The notes under the pieces are model-generated. The model was not told the origin of the DNA. It made no database searches and saw only the letters and a program-made list of their open reading frames with translations. From positions 1,922,001-1,986,000 of the forward strand of contig MU053304.1 in assembly GCA_013239625.1 (NCBI GenBank): a DNA stretch of 64,000 nt, given 5' to 3'. The position numbers were made by a program, and so were the translations under genes. The stretch is from Lama guanicoe. Its lineage: Eukaryota. This document shows positions 1 through 12,465 of the stretch, piece after piece (the first letter of the stretch is position 1; each line of letters begins with the position of its first letter).

Positions 1-1184
1 AGACTGTGCCCATCCCAATCCAATGCACCCAAGTGGCCCACTGCATCCTGCTGTGAATACCTTCTTCTGCCAATCACATATCCCATCAGTCCGCACCTGG
101 AGGACAGGGGGTGGGTTATGGGGTAGGGGCAGCCTCTGTCTCTCAGGGATGTTGGAAGGATTTAACGAAAGTGGATGTGAAAGAATAAATTACACATGTT
201 AGGGATGATTTTGGTTACTGTCACTATTTTTTTCTGTGGTCCACTAAATATTTTGCTAAATTTAATGGAAACATTAAGACATTCTCCAAGATTTGTGTTT
301 GATGCAAGTATCATAATGAAGATAAACTGGTAAAATGAAATGCCTACTTCTGTGTAATTTATATTGTGTTTTATATTTGGTCCTTCTCTGATGATAATGT
401 CATGTCCCAATCTTTGGAAATCCAACTGGGGGAGGCAGGGGTTTTATTGGTCGGAGAGATGAGGCAAAATCAGCTTGGGAAATGGACATGCTGGGAAAAG
501 GGGGGACAGTATACAACTTTGGACCAGTTTTTCACTATTAATATGGATACTAGACTATTAGTTAGAAATTGTGTGACAAAGTATTGTCAACAGTTAAATC
601 TAAATTTTATTGCCCAATACATTACAAGTTACTATTATTTGCTTCCACATCTGTCACTACTGTCACTACTCTTTAAAATGTCATTAATGTTACCAGAAGA
701 TATACATTTGAAATGTTATCTTACCTTTTGTACTACTTTTGGTTGTAACATAGCTGTGACTTTAGACTAATATTGGGAGTAGGGATGAAGATTAATAGAG
801 AAAGATTTTTCCAGCAGTAATGTTAATTTATTCTTCTGAGATACAAGAAATTTTATGAACTCCAGCAGAATTTGTGTTCATTTTGCTAACAAAAAATTTC
901 ATGGAAAAACATGTCTCTTTGATTGGAATATATTGTTCCTTAGAGGAATAATTTCCAAAAAGTTAATTTGATATATTCATAACTAAATGAAGGAATTCTT
1001 TCTCAGAAATTATACTTTAGGTTATAATGAGGAAACAAGGATTTTGATCCTTTATTTCTGAAAACCACTATTTTCCATTTTGAAAATCTGTGATCTGATG
1101 ATCTCTTTTAAAATTTCCTAACTAGAGCTTTCTGTTTCATGTGGCTTTGGGACAGGCTCACCATCTTTTAATGTTACTCTTTTT

Positions 1185-1290
1185 CCTGTGCTGAGAACTT
1201 TTTCTCTTTTAAATGGAGGTAGTGGGGATGGAACCCAGGACAGTGTGCGTGCGAAGCATGTGCCCTACCACCGAGCTGTGCCCTGCCCCG
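1185..1290 (-). mobile_element. tRNA-Ala-derived SINE (camelid Vic-1-like) with 13-bp TSD
   Basis: Reverse complement of the tRNA-like head at about 1214-1289. Exact TSD tgttactcttttt at 1172-1184 and 1291-1303. The site reads TT/AAAA on the minus strand, the L1 endonuclease motif. Confidence 0.88.
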
Positions 1291-1415
1291 TGTTACTCTT
1301 TTTAAAGATAGCCGTCTTGTTTCACAAGCTCCTTCTGAGGGACAGTGTCTGGCTTCCTCGTGATGATAAATTGGTGACACTTACACACTGCCAGCTCCTT
1401 TTACAAAATCTTTTT

Positions 1416-1816
1416 TTTTTACATTTTTTTATTGATTCATAATCATTTTACAGTGTTGTGTCAAATTCCAGTGTTCAGCATGTTCAGCACAATTTTTCAG
1501 TCATTCATGGACATATACACACTCATTGTCACATTTTTTTCTCTGTGATTTATCATAACATTTTGTGTATATTTCCCTGTGCTATATAGTGTAATCTTGT
1601 TTATCTATTCTACAATTTTGAAATCCCAGTCTATCCCTTCCCACCCTCTACCCCCCCCGTAACCACAAGTCTGTATTCTCTGTCCATGAGTCTATTTCTG
1701 TCCTGTATTTATGCTTTGTTTTTGTTTGTTTTTGTTTTTTAGATTCCACATATGAGCGATCTCATATGGTATTTTTCTTTCTCTTTCTGGCTTATGTCAT
1801 TCTAAGTGAAGTAAGC
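1416..1816 (-). mobile_element. 5'-truncated L1 3' end with a short 5' inversion and 14-bp TSD
   Basis: Poly-T followed by L1 3'UTR-like sequence similar to the copies near 3520, 20290 and 56443. Exact TSD tacaaaatcttttt at 1402-1415 and 1817-1830. Segment 1795-1816 is inverted. Confidence 0.88.
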
Positions 1817-1852
1817 TACAAAATCTTTTTATCTAAAAGAAACAAGATTTCT

Positions 1853-1986
1853 GGGGGGAACATATAGCTTAGTGGTAGAGAACATGCTTCGCATGCCTGA
1901 GGTCCTGGGCTCAGTTCCTAGCACCTCCATTAGAAAGACAAACAAACAAACCAACCGAATTACCTCCTTCCCCACCCTGGGGGTAA
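1853..1986 (+). mobile_element. tRNA-Ala-derived SINE (Vic-1-like)
   Basis: Head tagcttagtggtagag...gaggtcctgggctcagttcc, then an A-rich linker and aattacctcc tail. Degenerate TSD aaaagaaacaagatttct (1835-1852) and aaaagaaacaaggcttct (1987-2004). Confidence 0.88.
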
Positions 1987-3514
1987 AAAAGAAACAAGGC
2001 TTCTCTTTTGTAATCATTGTGGAAGCCTTATGCTTACTAGGTTGATTTGTGTTTAACTCTCTTTTTGAGACTTTAATTTTTTTTTCAAAATCAGCTTCTT
2101 AAAATAATTACTTTTTTACAATACCGGACATGAGGACATTTTAGCTAAGAACCTAAAGACGACTTTTGACGACGACAACGGGGTTCATCCAGCAGATGAA
2201 AAAAGGGAGGCCAGTGCAGGTGGGAGAAGACCTCCGAGCCGCAGGGAGAGGAAAGTTCCAGAATTGTGCTGCTGTGTTTAGTCACTGCTGTGCCTTCTTA
2301 GAAAGAAACTGGAAGCCTTCTCAGAAATTGACTGTCTCCTCTCTCCCCCTCACTCTCCGTCGCTTCCAAGTATGTAACTGAGGGCACAAGGTATTTTAGT
2401 ATTTCCTGCAACAGAGGAGCCCCTCCGTGTCTTTGAGAAACAAACTTGGCTGCCATCCTCAACTTTACATATATGTTCTTTTAAATAAAGTTTATTGCCA
2501 GGAACCTGATTTTAATATTCTACACATTCCAGATGATAATCTATTTATATTTGACCTATTTCAGCACTACGCCATTTAATTTTTCAGTTTTCCTTCATTA
2601 CCATTGCCTTATGAATATTTACACTTTCATAGAAAGAGATGATGTAACAGTTTACACCACGTGTAGCTCTTCCCTCTGTGCCTCAGGCCACCAACCTCTT
2701 TCCTCCTGTGCTGTCACCTAGTTTTGACTTTTCTGCCCTCTTCTTAATTATCCCTTCTGTTTTTCCCTAAATATGTCTCTTCCAGATATGTGATTTGCTT
2801 TATGCAGTGTTTTGGGGTAAAGAACTAACTCAACCTTTTTTCTAAGCATCATCTGCTCCAAAGGAGGCATCCGAGGTCCTCAGTAGCTACCTGAGGATCC
2901 GTTCACCCAGTGGTCCGGTTTCCCGAGTAGGAAAGATTCACTGTTGAGGTGGAATTGCTGTGAAATGCAGTTGTGGTTTGCCTGTCTTAAGGAAGATCAT
3001 TTTTTGTTTTGGTTTTACATGCGGTTACTTGGAGTCGTTGCTGTGATGGACGATCTCAGGGATGTTGGAAAGCTGCTGGAGGTCACCATTCCCTTAGGGT
3101 GAAAGCCTCATTGGACTCCTCTAGGCTTTTATCCTCTCATCACCTGCCCGTAGGCAGATGGCCCCTCAGCTCACACGGTGGACCTCTGTTCTGTCCACCC
3201 ACTACCTGTCCCACCCCCGCCTGGACCTCCCTCGTCCTCCCATCCTCTCCATGACTCAGGTGGCCAAATCTATCCCTCAAGACCTCATTGTAACTCTCCC
3301 CGCTTGGAGCTGTATAGGGGAAAACAACCAGTTAAAGATTCAACTCTACATGGAGTCCCAAATCTCCTGAAACTCTTTTCAGTGCCTACAAACACACAGA
3401 CCGCCCGGAATAGCCTCATCATTAAATCTCCTTCTGATCAAAAAATCCAGCGTGTTGGCTTTACCGATTCTTCTTGTTACCTACTTGGTCAGAGAAACCC
3501 TGCTTTAAAAAAAA

Positions 3515-4775
3515 AATTATGAAAGTGTAGTTAATTTACAGTATTGTGCTAGTTTCAGGTGTACAGCAAAGTGATTCAGTTATACCTACAAATATATGTA
3601 TATATCCTTTTTCAGATTCTTTTCCATTATAGGTTATTAAAAGATATTGACTGTAGTTTCCTATGCCATGCAGTAAACCCTTTTTATCTATTTTATATAT
3701 AATTGTGAGTATCTGTTAATCCCACACTCCTAATTTATCCCTCCTCCTCCATTCCCCTTTGGCAACCATAATTTTGTTTTCTGTGTCTGTTGTCTGTTTC
3801 TGTTTTGTAAATAAGTTCATTTGTATTGTTCTTTAGATTCCACGTATAAGTGATATCGTATAATATTTGTCTTTGTCTGACTTCACTCATTCACTTAGTT
3901 TGATAATCTCTAGGTCTATTCATGTTGCTGCAAATGGCAATATTTTATTCTTCTTTATGGCTGAGTAATAGTCCATTGCACATATATACTACATCTTCTT
4001 AATTAATTTATCTGTTGATGGACACTTAGGTTGCTTCCATGTCTTGGCTACTGTAAATAGTGCTGCTGTGAACATAATTCAGGTACATGTATCTTTTATT
4101 AGAGTTTTTGTCTTTTCTGGGTATATGCCCAGGAGTGGGCTTTCTGGATCATATGGTAAGTTTATTTTTAATTTCTTAAGGAACCTCCATTCTATTTTGC
4201 ATAGTGGCTGCACCAAATGACATTCTCAACAACGGTGTAGGAGGGCTCCCTTCTCTCCACACCCTCTCCAGCGTTTACTATTTGTAGACTTTTTGATGAT
4301 GGCCATTCTGACTGCTATGAGGTGATACCCCGTTGTGGTTTTGATTTGCATTTCTCTCATAGTTAGCAATGTGGAGCATCTTTTCGTGTGCCTTTTGGCC
4401 GTCTGGATGTCCTCATTGGAGAAATGTCTATTTAGGTCTTCTGCCCATTTTTGATTGGGTTGGGGTTTTTTTTTGATATTGAGTTATATGAACTGTATAT
4501 TTTAGAAATTAAGCTTTTGTCAGTTGCATCCCTTGCAAATATGTTCTCCTAGTCTGTAGGGTGTCTTTTTGTTTTGTTGATGGTTTCCTTGCTGTGCAAA
4601 AGCTTGTAAGTTTGATTAGGTCCCACTTGTTTATTTTTGCTTTTATTTCTTTTCCCTTGGGAGACTGATCTGAGAAAATATTGCTATGATTTATGTCAGG
4701 AAATGTTTTGCCTATGTTCTTGTCTAGGAGTTTCGTGGTGTCATGCCTTATATGTAAGTCTTCCAGCCATTTTGG
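3515..4775 (-). mobile_element. L1 3' fragment (3'UTR plus decayed ORF2 C-terminus)
   Basis: Typical antisense L1 motifs (catgttgctgcaaatggc, ggtatatgcccaggagtggg, ttgatttgcatttctct, gagaaatgtctatttaggtc). Confidence 0.9.
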
Positions 4776-6129
4776 GTGGGGCTGTCTTTTCCCCCTTCTG
4801 AATCTTGTGGTTTAAATTGCTGGTCACCCTTTCCAGACGTTCCTCTAACCCCAACCCTGGAAGTCTCCCCCTTGTTTCTCACTCTGTATAGCTAGTATCA
4901 TTTCCCCCAGCCCTGTCTCCTTCCCCTTCGAAGAACTCCATTATTAAATCCTTGCTTTGCAGGCACTTAAGTCTCACCAACTCCTTTGACAATCACTTTT
5001 GCAGCCAGCATCACACAACTCGGGGTCAGAATATTCCCTATTCTCTTCGATTTTTTTGTATGCTGATTTTATATCTTTAATTAGCCTATAAATTCCTAGA
5101 GAGAAGGGACCATGTCATAGCTCCTTGCACCATGATGATCCCATGGTCAACCGAGGGATTACATTTTGTTCACATGTAACAGTTATTCTGCTAAGTAGAT
5201 GCCATGTGAGGAAAATTTCCAGTTCTAAGTGTCAATCTTAAGAATCCTTTGTAAGTTTTCACAACCCACCTCTGTGACATTTAAACTTCCCCTCTGTGTT
5301 ACATTAAAAGTATTTTAGGGGATCAGATGAAGAAAAAAGAGAAAGAGAAACTTTTCATCATTCTTTTGGGAATGCTGCATTTTGCACTTTGTCCTCTAAG
5401 ATCTCGTGCCTGGGGAGCCACGGGTAAAATAGTCAAAGAAAGTTGGGAAAGGACACCAGCTATAGAATCATTAACATCTTCTTTCACTAAAAGCTTAAAA
5501 TTTAACAAAGGAAATGCAAATATTTCACCTTTTCATGGTCATCTTAAAACCACAGTTGAATATGTCTATTGAACTCCCTGCAACAGGGGGGAAAAACTTG
5601 TGAATGTTCAAATAAAAGTCAGGAGTTGGAAAAGAGCAAAAGCAGAGTATAAGTAAGGATGTCCCAAATGGCATAATTTAGATAAAATTATTTTAGCCAT
5701 ATCTGCCCAGTGGGGAGATTTCTGTTCAAAATAAGTTTTACTTAAATTGAAACCACATTTCAATGTTATTATCAATCAAGATTATTCTTTTTGATTTTTC
5801 TGTTATTGATAATTAATATTAGGAATTTTTGGTTGTTAGTTTGAACTTCAGTGCTCGGCTGTCTTCCTAAATATTGTCATGGTCAGCATCATTTATTTAT
5901 TGGTGCCTATTGATTGTGGTGATAAACCAGGCACTATTAAAAATTTTTTTTTCATTCTAAACACACATGGTCCCTAGAGTTGACAGTCTAATGTTCACCA
6001 GGCCCCACTGAGCATTGGTTGGCCAGGTTGTGGTGGAACTGGGGCAGGTGATCTAAAATTAATGAGATAACTTTTTCTACCCTTCAAGACAGTCCCTGGA
6101 GCCAGGCTTTGTAGACAGACAGATGGCTG

Positions 6130-6460
6130 GTCTACAGAGAATAGATTGCTGGTGGCCAGAGATGGGGGGTAGGGTGTGAGGGGGAGTGTGAAATGGAAGA
6201 AGTCAGCCCTGGGGATGTAGTGGACAGTGTGGCGACTGAAGTTAATAATACTATCTTGCCTATTTGAAAGTTGCTAAGAAGGAGATCTTAAAATTTCTTA
6301 TCAGAAAAAAGTTTATAACTACGTATGGTGATGGATGTTAACTAGACTGTGGTGACCATTCTGCAGTATGTACAAATAACAAATTATCTTGTTGCATCCA
6401 TGAAACTGACATAATGTTATATGTCAATTATACCTCAATAAAAAGAAAGAAATAAAAAAG
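6130..6460 (+). mobile_element. Older L1 (L1MA/MB-type) 3' end, sense orientation
   Basis: ggtgatggatgttaactagact...aaactgacataatgttatatgtcaattatacctcaataaaa followed by an A-rich tail. Confidence 0.8.
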
Positions 6461-6998
6461 GAGAACAAAGAGGCTGCAGGTAATTCTCCTGTTATGTGGG
6501 CCTCGTGCATTATGCTGAGAGGTGTCCTGGGTTTCTGGAAGCAAACTGAAGGTATGTCTGTGTGACCACAAATCCTCCCTTTCTCCCCCGCCCCATTCTG
6601 CCTTATTTTCTCTCCCTCGCCCTCAGTCCCTTATTTAAAAAATAAATCTAGTGCATTTTATGTATAGATTCATTTTGAAAAGTTAAGAAAGAAACTTATT
6701 TTTGTATGTTTAAGAATTCCTTGTTAACTCTGGAAAGAAGTAAGTACCTTGTTACTTAACCAAGCTAGTGAATTCTAACCCCAATCTGATCCACAAAATT
6801 TGCTCAAAATTGAAGAAACTTTCCCTGCTTCTTTTAACTTAGAGACAAACCTTCTCCGGGCTTTGCCAGTTTACCTTTGAAAGCTTTTCTTAGTTTCTGT
6901 CAGTGCAGATTTCAACTGAAAAAGCAAATTCTTTAACTGCCTGTTTTACAGCCAGTGTCCTGCTCCTCCATAGCTTTTCTTCTGTTTCTTCTTTCTAA

Positions 6999-7067
6999 GG
7001 GGAAGAGAAGGGAGAGAGGGAGAGGGGGAGAGAGAGAGAGAGAGAGGGAAGGAGAAGGAGAGAGAGA
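6999..7067. repeat. (GA)n / polypurine microsatellite
   Basis: Directly visible GA/GGA run. Confidence 0.9.
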
Positions 7068-8272
7068 TCATCAAGGCTAAATACATAAACCCAAGGGAAT
7101 ATGGTTTTCTCTTACCAGATGGTGATTTTCCAATTTACTCTCCTTCGGAAAATAAAAAAGGCTCTATTGTCTATTTCTTCTCATAAAAGTAATATATACA
7201 AGAAATAAGAATGACTGAGATGTACTTTCTGTAATTCTCCATCCCTCCGCTGAGCATCAGTGTGTACTGTGCACTTTGCAGTGTTTCCTTCCAGACACGT
7301 TTCTTCGTTTGACAGTGTGTGCGTGTACACACGTGCTTCTTTGGAAAGAAGAACACATTCGTGTGGTGTCTGGTTATTTGCTTTTTTCTCTCACTATATC
7401 ACTGACATTTTTTCCATTAATAAATAAAACTTTGTATTCTTCTTAATGATGGTGTATTTTTCCCCTGAATCAATGCACCATGATTTATTTAATCCATATG
7501 CTATTGTTAAGCAGTTATCTCCTCCCTTCCTTCCTTTCTTTTGCCTCTTTAGACAGAATTTCAAACGTCTTGGTAACCTCATCTTTGTATCTTCTCTGGT
7601 GATCTATTTGGGTTGAATTCCTAGGTAAATTGCCAGGTGTGGAATTTACTGGATCAATGTGTTTGAACATTTTAATGACAAATTAAAATATATTATCAAT
7701 TTGTCCTTAACTGTCTTCCAGTTTTCACTCATGATAGCCCGTTTATCTTTGGAAGTGTGCCTTCCTCCCCTTCCATCAACGTTTGGGCAGAGGCTTTTAG
7801 CTAGATCCAATTTGAAATTTACTTATATGTCTTAGAGACATCCTTAACAATCTGAAACATTAAGGGATCTCCTTGAGGAGAAGAGTGGTCATTAACAGTT
7901 TCCAGAAAAACAGGATAGTAAAAAATCTCTTTAAGCTGAAGATATTTAAAGTGGTTTAATTACAATATTGCGCTTACACCTCCAAGTAATGATGAATGTG
8001 GTGGTTTCATTGTATCATTGAGTTTGCACATCAGAGCGGAAGTAAAATGGCAAGAGGAGATGGATAATGAACACGTGGTTGCTGCCCTCATGGTCCTTGT
8101 CACCTTGTCATGTTCACGTGACACTTCTCCCGTTTTAATGCTATGCAAAGAACATCTGTATTCCAGAAGACTACAACCTCAATTCTATTTCCATCTTCTT
8201 CTCTTACATTATTTTGCTTTCCCGCTGTAGTATCCTGAAGATAGATTGTTAAGTTTCTTTTATCATGGACTT

Positions 8273-8345
8273 CTTTTTTTTTAATTGAAGTGCAATCAGT
8301 TACAATGTGTCAATTTCTGGTCTACAGCACAATGTCCCAGTCATA
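8273..8345 (-). mobile_element. Very short L1 3'-terminal fragment
   Basis: Poly-T then aattgaagt...cagttacaatgtgtcaatttctgg, nearly identical to the start of the copy near 52690. Confidence 0.75.
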
Positions 8346-10254
8346 TCTCAGACTTTTTCATGAGGTCGAATTATTCCATGAGAATGGAGCAAAGGGTTTG
8401 CCAGAATAGACAAATATTTTGAAAACCTACCAGGGATGCTTTAGAGATGATCATTTGATTTTGACACAAAAGTCATGGTAATTGTAATTGTTTTTCACCA
8501 AGATCTTGGGTATAAAACTGAGAGTAGCAAGTAAATTGACTCAAGTAAGGCATGTCAGCTGGAGAAAGTTGTCCAGTTTTTGGCGAGGAATATAAATAAT
8601 TAGGACTGCATTTCAAAGAGATACTCTTGCTTTCTCCTCTCTAATGCTCTCTCTGACATTTGGGTTCTGAATGCCATGATATTTTTGGTGTTCGCATGCA
8701 TCCTTAACAAGCACAGTGCTCTCTTGGCTGTCCTGCTTTAATGCCCTAATTGTGAATTTGACCTACAAAAGTTATATTTGCTTGGTAGACAAATGGAAAA
8801 GCTCCTTAAAGAATACACTGACAAATACTGTTTGGCTGCATCACTAGTAACAGATGACAGCCTCTGGAACACTACCATGTTAAAAGACAGGATTTACGTC
8901 ACCTGCTTATCCACGCATAGCCTCGTTTATCATCCACAACCATTTACTGATTAATCACTGTGCATAGGACGCTGTGTTCAGGACTGAGGATACAAAGAAA
9001 TGGAAGATCCCAACTCCTGACTTTGAGGGGTTTTAGCCTCCAGACAAGCAGGGCATGCTCCATGCTTCGTATGTAACCCAGATACATGTTGTCATCCTGT
9101 GGCTCAGTCTCGTTCATAAAGTCACATTCAAATAAACACAGTCCAGTAGCCAAAAAATGAATCACAATCACTTAAAATCTTCTTCTTCTTTTTTTTTTTT
9201 TGGAGGGAAAATGAAAAGAAGTAGGGAAAATGCATTTCTCTTGTTCAGCAGAAATCTGATCAATCTTACCTCCTCCTCACTGCTCTCTTAATAGTCTCCA
9301 TGTATTTGGCAGTTACTTTGTGAAATTCTCTCTCCCACTCTCAATGTCTGCTCCCCCAAATCTCATCCCAACACCCAGCCTTTGAAGTTTTTCCTCCCTT
9401 TCTCTTCCTGTTACTTCCGCCTTTTATTTTGCATGTCAGTGTAGCCTCTCTGTTGTTTTTAGTTCTCCTCTCTGTCTGACCCATTACCTAGGTTCTCCAC
9501 AACAAAGAGCTTGTCTGGGAACTGACCCAAGAAGTAAGAGTCCTCCCCCATTGGAAGTGGAAGTAAGAGGAAGATTGTAAATATTCATAAGTAATTGTTT
9601 CTCCTCTTGGGTATTAATGATCTTGAGATGCTGTTGCACATAAAGTGGTAAATGAGAAGACAAAGGAGTGTATATTGAATATCAGATGAATGACACAGTC
9701 AGTGTAAGGGCTGCATGAATTCAGAATGGAAGAGTAATCACCAAGTTGGGGAAAGTTCAGCTTTGGACTTGAGGTATATCTTGAGCTTGGCCTTGAGATA
9801 CAGAGTTGGTGTGAGAGGGAAAGACATTCAGGATGAGAGGAGAGGTGTGAGCAGTGATGTGGGAGGAAGGATGCATGTGCTTCTAAGTAACAGACCAGTC
9901 TGGCTGGAGCAGCAGATGTCAATAAACCGTGAAAAATTAGGAAGGACGGGATGCAGAAGCTAGACTACGAAGGGGGCTGCTTACTGTGTTAAGGAGTTTG
10001 CATTTGGCTTGTAGGCAGTGGTGACCTAAGTTTTTCAGCAGAAGAGCAGGTCGTGACACTGGTGGTGGATAGCATGATGAGAACTGCAGAGTAGCTTTTG
10101 GTGGTGAAAATAAAGGGTCAAAATCAGCTGAACTGGAAATTTAACTAGACCGATCTCCTGCAAGAGAATGATGGCCCTCGGAAACATTTGGTTTGGGCTT
10201 GTTTTAAATTTTGTGTATCTGATCTTCTTTTAGAGAATACATTGTTGAGGTATG

Positions 10255-10525
10255 TAGAGGCACACACCTCTCTGTCCATCCATCACACACAGATGTGCAC
10301 AGAGGTGCACTTGTGTATGAACAGACACAGATAGTTGCATGTGCACACACATGGATGCTCCTTTGTGCATACGCACCCACACAGGTGCATATCTGTACAT
10401 AGATTCACACATACAGAGATGCAAAGATATGTTGCACTTACGTGATTTAAAGGACTTGATAGGCGGATAAGTACGAAAAGGTACGCTTGGTGCATGTGAG
10501 AGGGAACATGTAGGGGTACACAACA
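10255..10525. repeat. Degenerate CA/TG low-complexity tract
   Basis: Recurrent cacacag, gtgcac and gtgcat units. Confidence 0.65.
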
Positions 10526-11584
10526 CTGAGCAATTAGTTTGGAAAGAAATGGTGTTTTTCGAGTTGGAAATAAAGCTAGTATTTATATGGAGAATATTGT
10601 ATGTAATATTCACGAATCAGAAACAACCAGCAAATGAATGAATGAATTTTGTATTAAGGTGATAGCTGTATTTTAAGAAGCATTTCCTTTAGAATATAAA
10701 AGTGTGACTGGCTTCTACAAACAACCTTGAATCCAAAGCTCGAATTTCACACTGGGAGCCCCGTCTTCTCCGGAGGTGGCAGGCAGACCCTTAACCAGGC
10801 GAGCCTACAATTAGCATTAGAAATGGCAGGTAGAGAAAACGGAGCCCCACTGGGCCTGTTCAATCATTCCTTCTTCGTTTCCGATGTGAACAGATGAATA
10901 AAGGTTCGTTTTGTTTTCTTTTGTTTTGAACCTCGTACACACTGGGATTGTGGTTAGATTTTCCAGTGGTGAAGGCAGGCTGTTTAGACAGAGTCAGATG
11001 GGGATTTTGAGCAGTAAAGTTTGTAAAGGAGACGATTTTTAATTTGCTACGTTGACAGCTACAGAAAGAGTCGATGATCAGATAGTATTCCCAGAACTTT
11101 TGTAAAGACTGAAGCATAAATGAAATCTGTCCTGGGACAGATAAAGGAAACCTAATTCAGCCCACTGAGTGGATGGTCACATTGCACTAAAGAATTTAAT
11201 TTCGGGAGAGAGTTGATTGGGAACAAGGACAACTTGTAATTCATTCTTTCTTAGCAAGCCCCCGAGGCTGGACTGGTGGTGTTGTTTGTGGTCTGGAGCA
11301 AGGCATGGTTTATAATGAGTCTTGCCACCTAAATTGGTTTGGGGCTCTGTGTTAGGCAGCTCCCGGCGGGGGTGAATGCCGCCTAGCTCTGTGGTCGGAG
11401 CTGCGTCCACTGAGGCTGGCAGCTAGGGCAGGAGACCAGGGAAGCTGGTCCCCCGCCTCCCCCGCACTACCAGCTTTCCTTCCTGGGTCCTCTGTTTCTT
11501 TCTGCTACTTTGTCCCTCTTCTATCCAGTGTTTGCGGGCACCACACTCAGCTCACTTGCCCTCCTCTCCTCCCTTCCTTTCTCC

Positions 11585-12050
11585 CCTAAATATTCACTCA
11601 GCACCTACTCAGGTCCCTGCTTGGCACTGGCCACAGAGCAATGAATAAAACAAACAAAAGTCTCTGCCCTCATGAATTTTATGTGTTAATGGGGTGACAG
11701 GTAATAAAGAAATAATTCTACGGAAAAGTGACAACTGTGATGAGCACACTGTGCCATGACTGTAGTTGATAATAAAAATCTGACATAACCTCGGGGCCGT
11801 GGGGATCACTACCTTGAAGAAAGATGACTAGGGTGAGGTATTAACTAGGCAGTGGGGAAACCATTCCAGACGGAAAGCTGGAACTGCATGTGCAAAGACC
11901 CTGTAGCTGGAGAGAAGGCATCATATCAGAACAACGGCAACTAGTCCATGAAGCTGGAGCTAAGGGAGCAAGGGTGAGAGAGGTGGAGATGTGGTGGGGA
12001 GGTAAGCTAGGTCAGATGACCTCATGTGCTGGGCTGTGGAGGCCACATTT
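11585..12050 (-). mobile_element. L2 fragment
   Basis: aaatattcactcagcacctact...ctgccctcatgaattt...gcatgtgcaaagaccctg, typical of an antisense L2 3' region. Confidence 0.7.
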
Positions 12051-12119
12051 CGATCCCAGGGGTTCTTATTGAAGTACATGTATTTTTAACTGGGCATTAA
12101 AGCAGTCATTCTTTTTTAA

Positions 12120-12286
12120 TTAATTAATTTTGTTTAAAGACCTTGAGTTTATAATCTTTCTTTTTTTGTCTCCAGTGTGTGTATGTATGTATGTATGTAT
12201 GTATTTACTTTTCTTAATGAACCCAGGACATTGTGCATGCTAATAAGCATATGTTCTACCACTGAGCTACACCCACCCCCCCTCCC
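12120..12286 (-). mobile_element. Decayed tRNA-Ala SINE with (GTAT)n tail expansion
   Basis: gaacccaggac...gcatgctaataagcat...ctaccactgagctacaccc, with (gtat)n at about 12181-12204. Confidence 0.75.
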
Positions 12287-12324
12287 AAGAGGTCATTTTT
12301 AAGACAGTAGCTTCCATATCTGGC

Positions 12325-12465
12325 AGTCAGACATCCTGGGGAGTTGGTAAACTCACAGGCATCTTTGACCACATCCCCAGAGATTCTGATTCACTGGATC
12401 AGGGTAGAGCCGAAATAACAGTTTATTAAATAAACTCTGCAGGTAATGCTGATTCCAGGTGTTTG
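12325..12465. mobile_element. MER5-like hAT DNA transposon remnant
   Basis: catccccagagattctgattcactggatcaggg...aaactctgcaggtaatgctgat resembles the MER5 core. Confidence 0.6.

Noticed and set aside
1749..1768. 8-bp hairpin catatgag-cgat-ctcatatg, and a 9-bp tandem duplication at 1472-1489
   Set aside because: Both are small features inside the L1 3'UTR with no evidence of independent function.
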